Part shown: one piece after another, positions 28,960 through 38,883 of the stretch | Numbering within the stretch: the stretch's first letter is position 1 | Layout of the letters: the number at the start of each line of letters is the position of its first letter | DNA from: Trueperaceae bacterium | GTDB lineage: Bacteria > Deinococcota > Deinococci > Deinococcales > Trueperaceae | Direction: 5' to 3' | Length of the DNA stretch: 64,000 nt | NCBI GenBank assembly: GCA_965213705.1 | Contig: OZ243913.1 | Span: 2,944,001 to 3,008,000 of the forward strand | Translations under genes and position numbers: made by a program | The notes under the pieces: model-generated | What the model saw: the letters and a program-made list of their open reading frames with translations, nothing else | Told to the model about the DNA's origin: nothing | Databases searched by the model: none

Positions 28960-29118
28960 CCCCAAGAAACGTCGTTCAGCACAATATTTCTTGACGAACG
29001 CAAGGTTGTTTTCAAGTTTTGGCTCGAGTCCCGCGTCAGCCGCCGGACAACGCCTAACAAGCAAAGGTCGGGGCGACGAACGAGCTTCGATTCGTCGGTG
29101 GGCGTTTTAATGGGGGTT

Positions 29119-30129
29119 TTAGCCCAGCGGAAGCGGCTCGAGCCGTCCCCGGACGCCGCCGACCTCCAAAACGGTGTCCGGTTTCAGGTCGTTGCGCAGC
29201 ACCGCCAGCGCCATAAAGCCCAGGTCGGGGTGCTCGGCGACCGTGCCCAAACGGCCCACGGTTTTTCCGTTGGCGAGCACGTCGCGCGTTTCCGGCCTGG
29301 GCGAGCCTTCGAGCTTTAACCTTTGCAGCGAGCGCCGCAGCTTGCCCCGCGCCTCGAGTCTCGCCATGATTTCTTGGCCCAGGTAGCAGCCTTTGGTGTA
29401 GGAAACCCTGTGCTCCAAACCCGCTTCTTGCGGCAACACGCCCTCGCCGCCTTCGAACTCCGCCGTGGCGACGCCGGCAACGACGCGGGCGATGTTCAGC
29501 GCGGCCTCCCCCGCCATGACCGCGCCCGCAGCGACGAACGCCCCTAACAGGGGTTGCGCGCCCGCAGCGGCGACGAGCACGTCGAAGCCGCCCGCCCCGC
29601 TGCGGCGGCTCGGCACGACACTGGTTTCGGCGTTTTGAAAAGAGGTCGAAGCGAAGCTCGCGCCGCGCGGCGCGTCGATCTCCAAAACGTCGGCGACCAA
29701 GGCTGCGGCGGGGTCGCCCTGCAGCGTCAAAACCACCGTGTCCAAAGCCTCCAGTTCCACCGCGTCGAAAATGACGTGATGTTCAAGTTCTTTTTGCACG
29801 AACCTCCCCGCGTCGCCGTCTACCTTGACGAGCAGGTCGTCTTCACGCCGCAGCACGCGCAAACCTGCCAGCGCGTGGCCTTTGTGGTTGAGGAGCAAGC
29901 CCTCGCTCGCCTCACCGGGTCTGAGGCGTTTGACGTCGTTGCTCACTTGCCCGTGGACGAAGTCCAGCCGGTCGGCCCCGGTCACGCGCAGCACGGTTGC
30001 GCCGAGCAGGGGCACGAGCAGGCCCGAGCCCTGTTCGAACAAGCGGTATTCGTCCGCGGCGCTCGAGACCGACGCGACTCGGCCGGCGACGAGGGTCGCA
30101 CCTCGGTTTTTCAAAAAAGCTTCAATCAT
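29119..30129 (-). CDS. ygfZ: Folate-binding GcvT-fold protein, YgfZ/CAF17-like
   Basis: TGADRLDFVHGQVSNDV and KGCYLGQE signature. Confidence 0.9.
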   Translation of the reverse strand: MIEAFLKNRGATLVAGRVASVSSAADEYRLFEQGSGLLVPLLGATVLRVTGADRLDFVHGQVSNDVKRLRPGEASEGLLLNHKGHALAGLRVLRREDDLLVKVDGDAGRFVQKELEHHVIFDAVELEALDTVVLTLQGDPAAALVADVLEIDAPRGASFASTSFQNAETSVVPSRRSGAGGFDVLVAAAGAQPLLGAFVAAGAVMAGEAALNIARVVAGVATAEFEGGEGVLPQEAGLEHRVSYTKGCYLGQEIMARLEARGKLRRSLQRLKLEGSPRPETRDVLANGKTVGRLGTVAEHPDLGFMALAVLRNDLKPDTVLEVGGVRGRLEPLPLG

Positions 30130-30261
30130 GCCGCCGTTGTAGCACGCGCGGCGCGTTTACCGAGTCGTGGCGTGAGAGGTGTGCCCCTCAGTTGCTGTTC
30201 TTCGCTCCACGCGCCCGCCCCGACGAGACCCCACCGAGCGGGGTCGCAGGGTTGGCAAAAG

Positions 30262-31167
30262 CTAATACGGCTCGCCCCGCCACACCCGTTTGGCCCGCTG
30301 CCACACCCGGCTCAGGCGCGGCGGCGCGTAGTTGAGCGCGTAGTCTTGCGCCAAGTGCTCGTTGCCCAAGTCGACCCCGAGCTGTTCGCGGACATAGTGG
30401 CGGTGGTCCATAATCCAAACGTACAGGTCGGCCTCTTTACGGCCCGGAAAACGCCTCAGCACGTTGAAGCGGCGAATCTCGACTACCACGGGCACGTAAA
30501 GGGTGTCGTACCAGGACATGACGATTTCTTCCCAGGCGAAAGGGCGTTTGTGTTCGCGGCCCAGGTAGTATTCGTGGGTGCGCAGGTGCTCGAGCACGGT
30601 GTCGTAACGGCCGGGCACCGTAAACAGCACGGGGTAGTGGCCCGGGCGAAGCTCGTCGAGCCGTGTCTGCTGCAGAAAGTGCGTGTATTCGCCCTTGATG
30701 ATAAAGTCTTTGACGCTGTCGCCCGCGTCCGGCCGCACCTGTACCCCGAGTTCGATAATCTCGGCGTCGATGTAGAGTTGCCCCTCGTCCCGCGCGACCG
30801 ACACGCGGTGGTGGCCGTCCTTGACGAAATAGATGTCGCCGACTTTGTAAACCTGGATGGCCGGAAGCTCCTTGCCCTCGAGCTTGGCGCGGCGAATGCC
30901 TATCCAGCGGTTGAGGGGGAAGCTGTAACGCGGCAAAAAGTAGTGGTCGAAGTCCTTGTAGCGGTCGACCGAGCCGACGATTTTGCCGACGCTTATCGCT
31001 TGAACACCGCCGTAACTTTCCGAAACGGGGTTTAGGTTGCGCACCACGTCGAAGGGCATGAGTTCGTTCGGCACGCCGCGCAGGGTGTGCAACACCTGGT
31101 GCCAAAAAGCTTTGCCGCGCACGCGCTCGGCGTCTTGCCGAGCTTGTTTGTCAGGAGAGTAACTCAC
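30262..31167 (-). CDS. ParB/Srx-like N-terminal domain plus DUF4032-like C-terminal domain protein
   Basis: IVGSVDRY, PAIQVYKVGDIYFVKDGHHRVSVAR, WYDTLY and EADLYVWIMDHR motifs. Confidence 0.75.
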   Translation of the reverse strand: MSYSPDKQARQDAERVRGKAFWHQVLHTLRGVPNELMPFDVVRNLNPVSESYGGVQAISVGKIVGSVDRYKDFDHYFLPRYSFPLNRWIGIRRAKLEGKELPAIQVYKVGDIYFVKDGHHRVSVARDEGQLYIDAEIIELGVQVRPDAGDSVKDFIIKGEYTHFLQQTRLDELRPGHYPVLFTVPGRYDTVLEHLRTHEYYLGREHKRPFAWEEIVMSWYDTLYVPVVVEIRRFNVLRRFPGRKEADLYVWIMDHRHYVREQLGVDLGNEHLAQDYALNYAPPRLSRVWQRAKRVWRGEPY

Positions 31168-31215
31168 CGGAGCCTCCTTCCACGGGTCAAGGATACCCGC
31201 TAAACGTCAGGCGAG

Positions 31216-31233
31216 TGTGAAACTAGTTTCACA
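31216..31233. promoter_or_regulatory. Perfect 18-bp palindromic operator candidate
   Basis: TGTGAAACTAGTTTCACA, upstream of the minus-strand -10 TATCCT (31190-31195). Confidence 0.7.
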
Positions 31234-31329
31234 AGGCGTCTTTCTGCGGCGTTCCGGCGCCCTGCAAAGCAGCCCGCCCGTAGCGCGTGGTTTCCTATAA
31301 ACCACAAAGCACACGCCACAAGCTCGAGA

Positions 31330-31956
31330 CTAAAGGTCGATAAGGGTAAATTCAAAAGCGTTGACGACCCGCACACCGCTGTCGGTCACGTACTCGCGGG
31401 GCGCGTTGGCCCCGTTCAGGTGAACGTGGCCGTGGACGTGCAACCTGGGTTGCCACTGTTCGACGAAGCGGTTGAAAGCGGGCACGCCGCGGTGGGGAAA
31501 GTCCGCACCCTCGTGCGGCCCCTTGGGCGCGGCGTGCGTCAACAAAATGTCGACGGCGCGGCCCTTGGTCAGTCTGTTCCAGGCCAGTCGCGGCGCGAGC
31601 GCCCTCGTCATCGCCGCCATCTGAAACTCGCTGTACTGCTGCGGGCCGGGCCGGTAGCGGGCGCTGCCTTCGATGCCCGCGATGAGGACGCCGCCCACCT
31701 CCAACACCCTGCCGTGCGCGTTCAGGCACCCACCCGGCAGCTTTTTTTGCTCCTCCAGCGGGTCGTACAAGTAGCCTTGGGCGTGGTTGCCCAGGACGTA
31801 AACGGGCTGGACGGTGAGCTTGGTCGCCAGAAACTCCAAAAAGTGCCCCGGCATGTCCCCCGCGCTCAACACCAGGTCAAAAGGAGGCAGGTTGTTGGGA
31901 AAGTTGCTCGAGTAGACGATGGGCGAAACGGCGTCGGCGATGGCGAGGATGCGCAT
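31330..31956 (-). CDS. Calcineurin-like metallophosphoesterase
   Basis: MRILAIAD, AGD, VLGNH, LTHAAP and HGHVH motifs. Confidence 0.9.
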   Translation of the reverse strand: MRILAIADAVSPIVYSSNFPNNLPPFDLVLSAGDMPGHFLEFLATKLTVQPVYVLGNHAQGYLYDPLEEQKKLPGGCLNAHGRVLEVGGVLIAGIEGSARYRPGPQQYSEFQMAAMTRALAPRLAWNRLTKGRAVDILLTHAAPKGPHEGADFPHRGVPAFNRFVEQWQPRLHVHGHVHLNGANAPREYVTDSGVRVVNAFEFTLIDL

Positions 31957-32087
31957 GGGTTTAGCGGGCGGCCGGTGGGTGGCAGCGTGAAGAGGGGTTG
32001 AACCGTAAGGGTAGGCAAACAGCGAAGTAGGGAAGTGGGGGCGTAAAAGCCGTACCCACTTCCCTACCCCCGCCCTCCCCCACTCCT

Positions 32088-33192
32088 TTACCCAACCTTC
32101 CCCGGCGAACGCTGCGCGGCTTGCCACTCGAGCCCCGACCAAATCAACCCTTCGATGTCGCCGTCGAGCACGTGGTCCGGGTCGTGGCGCATGTCGCCGG
32201 AGCGGTGGTCCTTGACGTACTGCTTGTCGAGCACGTAAGAGCGAATCTGCGAGCCCCACTCGATGGCTTTTTGCTCGCCGCGCGCTTCGAGTTGTTCGGC
32301 CTGGCGGCGCGCTTCTTCGCGCTCCCACAAGCGGCTGCGCAGCACCGTCATGGCTTTCTCGCGGTTTTTGATTTGCGACTTGCCGTCCTGGCAGGTCACC
32401 ACGACCTCGTCCGGCGTGCCGCCTTTGTACACGACGCGCACCGCCGAGTCGGTGGTGTTGACCGACTGCCCGCCGGGGCCACTGGAGCGGTACACGTCCA
32501 CGCGCACGTCTTTGGGGTCGATGTTGACTTCGATGTCCGAATCGATTTCCGGCATCACTTCCAGCGACGCAAAGCTCGTGTGGCGGCGGTTTTGCGCGTC
32601 GAAGGGACTCACTCGCACAAGTCGGTGGACGCCGCCCTCGGGCCGCAACAGGCCGAACGCCCGCTCGCCGCGCACGATGAGCTGCGCGTAGTCCACGCCG
32701 TTCGGAGCCGCGTCGTTGGGGACGAGGTCGAGCACTTCGACGTTGAAACCCTGCCGTTCGGCGAATCTTCGGTACATCCGAAACAGCATTCCCGCCCAGT
32801 CCGAGGACTCGGTGCCGCCCGCGCCGGGTTTGAGCGTCAGGATGGCCGCGCTGTCGTCGTGGTTGCCGGAAAAAAGCGTCTCGCGGTAAAGGTCGTCGAG
32901 CGTCTTTTGAACGCGGTCACGTTCCTCGTCGAGTTCGGCGCGTTCGTCTTCAGAAGCAAGTTCGTAAAGCTCGCTCAAGCCCTCGACGTCGTTCTCGAGC
33001 CGCTCGAAGCCGTCCACCACCCGCTTTAAGCGTGCGGTTTCCTGGGTGATTTTCTTAGCGACCTCGGGGTCGCTCCAAAGTTTGGGGTCGTTGAGTTGCG
33101 GTTCCAGTTCGCTCAGCCGGAGTTTTTTCCCAGCCAGGTCAAAGATACCCCCGGAGGGCGGCGAGTTGTTCGGCTTGTTCGGTCATGGTCAT
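32088..33192 (-). CDS. prfB: Peptide chain release factor 2 with programmed +1 frameshift
   Basis: MTMTEQAEQLAALRGYL, then CTT-TGA-C (33138-33144) with an upstream GGGGG SD-like site. The +1 frame contains SPF and GGQ. Confidence 0.97.
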
Positions 33193-33303
33193 GGTGCCTC
33201 CTGTGTTCGTAACGGTCCAGTATAGCCCGGGTGGGGCGGGGTTTTTCAAAAGAAATGAGGCAGGTATCGTCCCTGCCCCAAATCCGAACTGTTTGGTAGT
33301 GAC

Positions 33304-35889
33304 TTAGGGCTCGAGCTGCAGCGTCACCGACTTGCTCTCACCGGCGGCCAGCTTTACAGTTTGCGTCGCCGCGAGAGAACGTTGGGAACCGCTGGCGTCC
33401 GCCTTGACCGTGTAACTGCCCGCCGCCAAATTGTCCAGGGTGAAAGGCGTCGATTCGCCGTTCAACTTGAGGGTGGCGGTAGCGACGGCGCTGCCCGCGC
33501 CGCTGGCCGTGACGCTCACGCTGTCGCCCGGCCCCGGAAACCCGAAGGCTGAGTCGGCGCGAACGACGCCCGCGCCGTACTGGTTCGCCGTCATGGTGGC
33601 GTCGTCGAAGTAGGCCGTTTTCTTAAGTTGGTTCGTGACGTCCGCCGCGCTGAAACCGGGGTTTTGGGCGAGCACGAGCGCCGCGACGCCCGCGACGACG
33701 GGCGTCGCCATCGAGGTCCCCGCCTCGTAACCGTAATCGTTACCGGGGAACGTGCTCAGAATCGCCTCGTTGTTGCGCCCGCTACAGGCCGAGTTCTGGA
33801 GGAAGCCGTCGCCGCCCGCCGCCATGATGTCGAGGCCGCTGCCGTAGTTTGAAAAGCAAGAGCGCCCGAAGTCGCTGTTGACCGCGCCGACCGCTAAGAC
33901 GCCGCTGTAGCGCGCCGGGTAAAAGAGACTGTTGCCCCCGACGTTGCCGGCGGCGGCGACGAGGAGCGCGCCCTGCGCCTGGGCGGCTTTGACGGCATTC
34001 TCGAGGGTGTTACTTTGCTGGTCGGTGCCGAGACTCAAGTTGATGATTTTGGCGGGGTTGGGGTTGGTCAAGGTTTTACCGTCGGTCGTTGTAACCTGGT
34101 CGCCTGCAGCCCAGCGGACGGCTTGGGCCAGCGCGTCGGCGGTCGTAAAACTCGCCTGATAAAAGACCTTGACCGGAACGATTTTAGCCCCACCGTAAAG
34201 AACCCCGGCAACCCCCTTGCCGTTGTTGCCGACCGCCGCCAGGGTACCGGTCACGTGGGTGCCGTGGGTGTCGTTCGTGCTGTCGGGTTGCGGGTTGGTG
34301 TCGGTCTGCGCGCAGTTATTGCTGGCGCAAAAATCATAGCCGCCGACAAAGATGCCTTGCAAATCGGTGTGGCTCGTTTGGATGCCCGTGTCGAGCACCG
34401 CCACGGTGACGTTCGGAGCGCTGTTTTTGAAGCTCCAGGCGACGGGCAAACCCGACACCGGCATGTTCCAGAGCTTGCCCGTTTCGGGGTCATTCGGGAC
34501 TGACTGAGCGTAGATGTAATAGTTGGGTTCGGCGTAAACAACGCGCGGGTCTTGCTCGAGCCGTTGTGCAAGCGCCTCGAGTTTCACCCCGGCCGCAACC
34601 TGTACCAAGCTCGGCGAACTCGGCGTGCCCGCGCGGAGCAGGCTGAGGCCGTAAGCCTCTTGCACGGCTTCGGCCTGTGTTTTTTCGTCGGTCTGTAGCG
34701 TCAGGTCGGCCTGTAACGCCAAACCGTCCCGGTACTGGACGAGCAGTTGTCCGGGGACGTAGGCGGGCCGGTCTTGCACATTCGCTTGCAGGTCGCGCGG
34801 CGCCGTCTTGGTGACGGGCGTCGGCGTCAGGGAGATTTTGGCATTGTCGGTGCGAGCGGTGCCGGTAATGCGCCCCGCCGCGCCCGACGTTTTGCCAACC
34901 ACCGTCAAGCCGAGCTTCGTGCTGCCCGTTTTGCCGCCGCCGCTGCCCTTGATGGTCAGGGTGTAGTTCCCGGCGGCCACGCCGCCAGCCACCTTCACGT
35001 TCACCTTAGAGGTGCTGTTCGTCGTAGCCGGGTCGAAGCTAACCGTGACGCCGTTCGGTGCGCCGGACGCGCTCAAGCTCACGTTGCTGGAAAAGCTCTG
35101 AGTCTTGTTCACCGTCACGGTCGTTTGAACCGTCTTGCCCGCTTCGGCGCTGAGGCTCGCGGGCGACAGCGCGAGGCTGAAGGTCGGCTCGGTGGTGGTG
35201 CCGACGACGTTGACGTCGACTTTTGTGCTCGCACTCGAAGACCCGCTTTTGCCGCGCACCGACAGGCTGTACATGCCCGCCGCCACGCTGTTTTGCGTCG
35301 TCACGACGAGCGTGCTCTCCGTGCCCGCGGCCGGGTTCGGCTCGAAGCGGCCGCTCACGCCGTCGGGTGCGCCGAAGACCTCTAAAGTGACCGCCCCCGT
35401 AAAGCTGCCGCTCCGCGAGATGGTGACGGGAACGCGCACTTCTCCACCGGGAGACAGCGAGTTGGTAAAGCCGTCGGTCTCGAGCGTGAACCCGCCCGCC
35501 GCCCCGCCGCCGACTGTGCCCATGACCTCGAACGGCGTGCTGCCGCCGGGATAGTTGACGGTCAGCGTCGAGGTGTAGGTGCCGGCTTTCAAGTTGGGCT
35601 GGAGCGTCAGGGTGACGCTGCGCTGCTCGTTGCCGGGGATAGTTCCACTTCTGGGGTCGACCGTAAACCAGTCGCCGGGTTGAGGGTTGCTTGGCGCGTT
35701 TTGCGCCGTAATGTTGAAACTCAGGCTCGCGTCGCTCGTGTTTTCAATCAGAAACGAGGTCGTCTCCTGGGCGGTCGACAAGGGTTGGGGCGGTTGGATG
35801 TCGGGTTTGGAGGTCGTCGGGGTCGGGCCACCGCAAGCCGCCAACAAAACGAACAAACTGCTCAGAAAAACAACCTGTAATTTTTTCAT
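33304..35889 (-). CDS. S8 (subtilisin) serine peptidase, lipoprotein with Ig/BACON-like N-terminal domains
   Basis: Lipobox LAAC; triad motifs VAVLDTG, HGTHVTG and GTSMATP. Confidence 0.92.
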   Translation of the reverse strand: MKKLQVVFLSSLFVLLAACGGPTPTTSKPDIQPPQPLSTAQETTSFLIENTSDASLSFNITAQNAPSNPQPGDWFTVDPRSGTIPGNEQRSVTLTLQPNLKAGTYTSTLTVNYPGGSTPFEVMGTVGGGAAGGFTLETDGFTNSLSPGGEVRVPVTISRSGSFTGAVTLEVFGAPDGVSGRFEPNPAAGTESTLVVTTQNSVAAGMYSLSVRGKSGSSSASTKVDVNVVGTTTEPTFSLALSPASLSAEAGKTVQTTVTVNKTQSFSSNVSLSASGAPNGVTVSFDPATTNSTSKVNVKVAGGVAAGNYTLTIKGSGGGKTGSTKLGLTVVGKTSGAAGRITGTARTDNAKISLTPTPVTKTAPRDLQANVQDRPAYVPGQLLVQYRDGLALQADLTLQTDEKTQAEAVQEAYGLSLLRAGTPSSPSLVQVAAGVKLEALAQRLEQDPRVVYAEPNYYIYAQSVPNDPETGKLWNMPVSGLPVAWSFKNSAPNVTVAVLDTGIQTSHTDLQGIFVGGYDFCASNNCAQTDTNPQPDSTNDTHGTHVTGTLAAVGNNGKGVAGVLYGGAKIVPVKVFYQASFTTADALAQAVRWAAGDQVTTTDGKTLTNPNPAKIINLSLGTDQQSNTLENAVKAAQAQGALLVAAAGNVGGNSLFYPARYSGVLAVGAVNSDFGRSCFSNYGSGLDIMAAGGDGFLQNSACSGRNNEAILSTFPGNDYGYEAGTSMATPVVAGVAALVLAQNPGFSAADVTNQLKKTAYFDDATMTANQYGAGVVRADSAFGFPGPGDSVSVTASGAGSAVATATLKLNGESTPFTLDNLAAGSYTVKADASGSQRSLAATQTVKLAAGESKSVTLQLEP

Positions 35890-35993
35890 CGTGGTTCCAC
35901 CTTACCTTTTTGGGGAGACCTGGGGGCCGGCTCGAGCTGGGGTTTCGTTCACCGTTTTTTCACTTAACCGTCTTGTCTGAAAGTTCATGAGGG

Positions 35994-37721
35994 TCAGGGT
36001 GCGCGCCCGCAGAGCGTCGCCGCGCCGAGCGCCCGGTCGGCGCAGACCACGCCCGCGCCGTACTCGGGAGCGCTCATGTAGGGCTCGAAGCGTGCGCTGT
36101 CGGCGAGTCGGGTCAAGAGTTCAGTCGGACTCAAGCCGGGCGTCTGGCTCAGCACGAGGGCGGCAACGCCTGCCACAAAGGGCGACGCCATCGAGGTGCC
36201 CGCTAAACAGCCGTAGTCGTCGTCGGCAAAGGTGCTCAGGACGCTGCCGCAAAGGCTGCCCGGCTTCAAACCGCCCGGCGCCATAAAGTCGACGCTTTCG
36301 CCGTTGGCGGCGTAGTCCGAGAAGTTGGAACGGCGATAGTCGCTCTCCACCGAGCCGACCGCGCACACCCAGGGACTGTTCGCGGGCGAACGGATAAAGG
36401 TGCTGACGCCGTCATTCCCGGCGGCGGCGAACATGACGACGCCGCGTTCGTAAACGCGCTTCGTCACGTCGTCGATACTTTTCAGCGTGCCCGTGCCGAC
36501 GTCGGCAGGTCTGACCCCCAGACTCATGTTGATAATTTTTGCCGGGTGGGGGTTCGTGCCGACGCCTTCCACTTCCAACCCGGCCGCCCAGAGCAGCGCG
36601 TCGAGGAGCGCGTTGACGTCGCCGGTACCGGGCGCGTCCGGGAAAACTTTGATGGGGAGCAGTTCGACGCCCCCGCCGTAGGCGACGCCCGCGACGCCCG
36701 TCGCGTTGTCGCCCGTCGCCAGCGCGATGCCGGCGACGTGGGTGCCGTGGTCGGGCTCCGGGCTGCCGGGTCCGGGCCGGGGGTCGGTGTCCTGGTCGAA
36801 AAAGTCGTAGCCCGGCAGACTTTTTTGCTGCAGGTCGACGTGGGCGGTGTCGACGGCACTGTCGATAACTGCCAAAACCACGCCCGCGCCGGCTTGGGCT
36901 GCGCCCGTTTGAAGCGTCCAGGCCTGGGGCAGCCCGAAGTCTAAAAGGTTCCACTGTTCGCCCAGCCGCGGGTCGTCGGGCGTCGCCAGGGTTTCCAGGT
37001 AATAGTTGGGCTCGGCGTAGGCGACGCGCGGGTCGCTCGCCAGGGCGCGCGCGACGGCTTTGAACCTGCCCGGCGGCACGCGCACGAGTGTGGGCCGTTC
37101 GGGTTGGACCGGCCCGCCAAGCTCGAGCGCGTAGTCGGCGGCGACCCTGTGGGCGATTTGCGTCAAGCTATGGGGCTCAAGCCCCACACTTTGCGCCCCG
37201 TGGCGGGCAAACTTCACCAACAGTTCGCCCGCCACGTAAGCGGGTGTGCCGCCGGTAGCGGGGTCGCCAGCAACAGGGCCGCCCACAACAGGGTCGCCGC
37301 TGCGGGCGCTCGGGCTGCTCGGCGGACCCGAGGGCGCGTTGGGCCGGGCGCAGCTCGGCAGGCTGTCGTCGCTGCGGTAACTCACCGCGACGGTCGCGCG
37401 GCCCCCGTTCGAAGCGACGCTGAGGGCGGTTTGCAACGGTTGGTCGGGCGCGGCGTCGCCCGGTAGCAGCCTCACGACGACTTGGGCCGACGTACCCCCG
37501 AGCAAACGGCCTTTGTCGGGCGAAACGGACAGCGAGGCCGACGCCGCAGCGACCTCCCACTCCAAAATCGAAGCCGGCGCGCCTTCGTTCGAGACGAAGA
37601 ACACCGCCTCCGGAACAACGCCCTCGAGGTTCAAACTCTGTCTCGAGACGTCCAACCGGGCTGTGGAGGAGGTGCAACCGGTCAGCAAACCTGCTAAAAA
37701 CAAGCTCAAAAACCACTTCAT
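35994..37721 (-). CDS. S8 serine peptidase, lipoprotein
   Basis: Lipobox LTGC; triad motifs AVIDSA, HGTHVAG and GTSMASP. Confidence 0.92.
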   Translation of the reverse strand: MKWFLSLFLAGLLTGCTSSTARLDVSRQSLNLEGVVPEAVFFVSNEGAPASILEWEVAAASASLSVSPDKGRLLGGTSAQVVVRLLPGDAAPDQPLQTALSVASNGGRATVAVSYRSDDSLPSCARPNAPSGPPSSPSARSGDPVVGGPVAGDPATGGTPAYVAGELLVKFARHGAQSVGLEPHSLTQIAHRVAADYALELGGPVQPERPTLVRVPPGRFKAVARALASDPRVAYAEPNYYLETLATPDDPRLGEQWNLLDFGLPQAWTLQTGAAQAGAGVVLAVIDSAVDTAHVDLQQKSLPGYDFFDQDTDPRPGPGSPEPDHGTHVAGIALATGDNATGVAGVAYGGGVELLPIKVFPDAPGTGDVNALLDALLWAAGLEVEGVGTNPHPAKIINMSLGVRPADVGTGTLKSIDDVTKRVYERGVVMFAAAGNDGVSTFIRSPANSPWVCAVGSVESDYRRSNFSDYAANGESVDFMAPGGLKPGSLCGSVLSTFADDDYGCLAGTSMASPFVAGVAALVLSQTPGLSPTELLTRLADSARFEPYMSAPEYGAGVVCADRALGAATLCGRAP

Positions 37722-37842
37722 ACCCTAAAGCATACTTGCCGACGTTGCCTCGCAACGTGAGGTTTCACCCCTGAGCCGGTCACCGACCCGGTAACCCTTT
37801 CCGTTGTCGAGAGGTGCCGGTCGACGACCGGTCAAAACCGGG

Positions 37843-38883
37843 TCAAGCCTCGTTCCGCTCGAGCCTGGACACGTACAACTCTTGGACGAGCACTATTAAA
37901 ACCGCCGTGATGGGCGTAGCGACGAGCAACCCCAAAAAGCCGAACAAGCTGCCGAAGGCCACGAGCGCCAACAACAGGACGGCGGGTGGAATGGACACCG
38001 CCTCTTTTTGTATGAGGGGTTGAAACAAGTTGCCCTCGAGCTGCTGCACAATGACGTACACGACGAGCACCCACAAGACCTGAGCCGTACCACCGTCGCC
38101 CGTGAACGCGATGAGCAGGGCCGGCAGCGCACCCAGAACCGGCCCCAAAAACGGGATAAAGTCGAGCAGACCCGCCGCTATCCCCAAGGCCAGCGCATAG
38201 GGCAAGCCTACAATCAACAAGCCGACGTAGGTGAACACCGCGACGAGCGTCATCGCGAGCAGTTGGCCCGTCAACCAGTTGCGCAGCGTGATCCCGAGTT
38301 TGTACATGATTTCCACCGCTTGCGGGCGAACCCTCGGCGGCAACAGCCGGTACAAGTCGGTGCGGTAAAGCCGCGGCTCGCTCGCAAAAAAAATGCCGGT
38401 GATGATGACCAAGAACACGTTGCCCAGAGCGTTGAAAGTTGTGAACAAGGTGCTCGAGACCTGCGAAAGCACCAACGAAGTACGGCCCAACAGGTCGCTC
38501 AGGGGCGTACCGGGTTGCAAAAAGCCCGATAGCCACGGCACGCCCGCGACCCTGGCCTCGAGCGACTCGACAAGGGTGGGCAAAGTATCCGCAAACTGCC
38601 TGCTCTGTTCTAAAAAGGGCGGCAACAAAAACCACAAGCCAACCCCCAGACCCCCAAAAAGCACGAGCCCCACCAGGGCGAGCGACAGACCCACCGGCAA
38701 GCGCGTCGTGCGGTGAATAAAGTCGGCACCCGAACGCAGCAACACCGCGATGAGAATGCCGGCAAAACCGAGCAGCAAGACTTCTGAAAGCCGCCACAGC
38801 AGCAGCGTCAGCGCGACGACCCCGACCGCAAGGACGATAGCCACGAGAGCGCGCCTTGCAAACCCCGACAATGTTCCAGACAT
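37843..38883 (-). CDS. AI-2E family transporter
   Basis: LDFIPFLGP, QQLEGNLFQPLI and GLLVATP motifs; many TMs. Confidence 0.9.
   Translation of the reverse strand: MSGTLSGFARRALVAIVLAVGVVALTLLLWRLSEVLLLGFAGILIAVLLRSGADFIHRTTRLPVGLSLALVGLVLFGGLGVGLWFLLPPFLEQSRQFADTLPTLVESLEARVAGVPWLSGFLQPGTPLSDLLGRTSLVLSQVSSTLFTTFNALGNVFLVIITGIFFASEPRLYRTDLYRLLPPRVRPQAVEIMYKLGITLRNWLTGQLLAMTLVAVFTYVGLLIVGLPYALALGIAAGLLDFIPFLGPVLGALPALLIAFTGDGGTAQVLWVLVVYVIVQQLEGNLFQPLIQKEAVSIPPAVLLLALVAFGSLFGFLGLLVATPITAVLIVLVQELYVSRLERNEA

Noticed and set aside
29554..31035. 493-aa plus-strand ORF
   Set aside because: Antisense shadow of ygfZ and the DUF4032-like gene, with no motifs; typical of GC-rich DNA.
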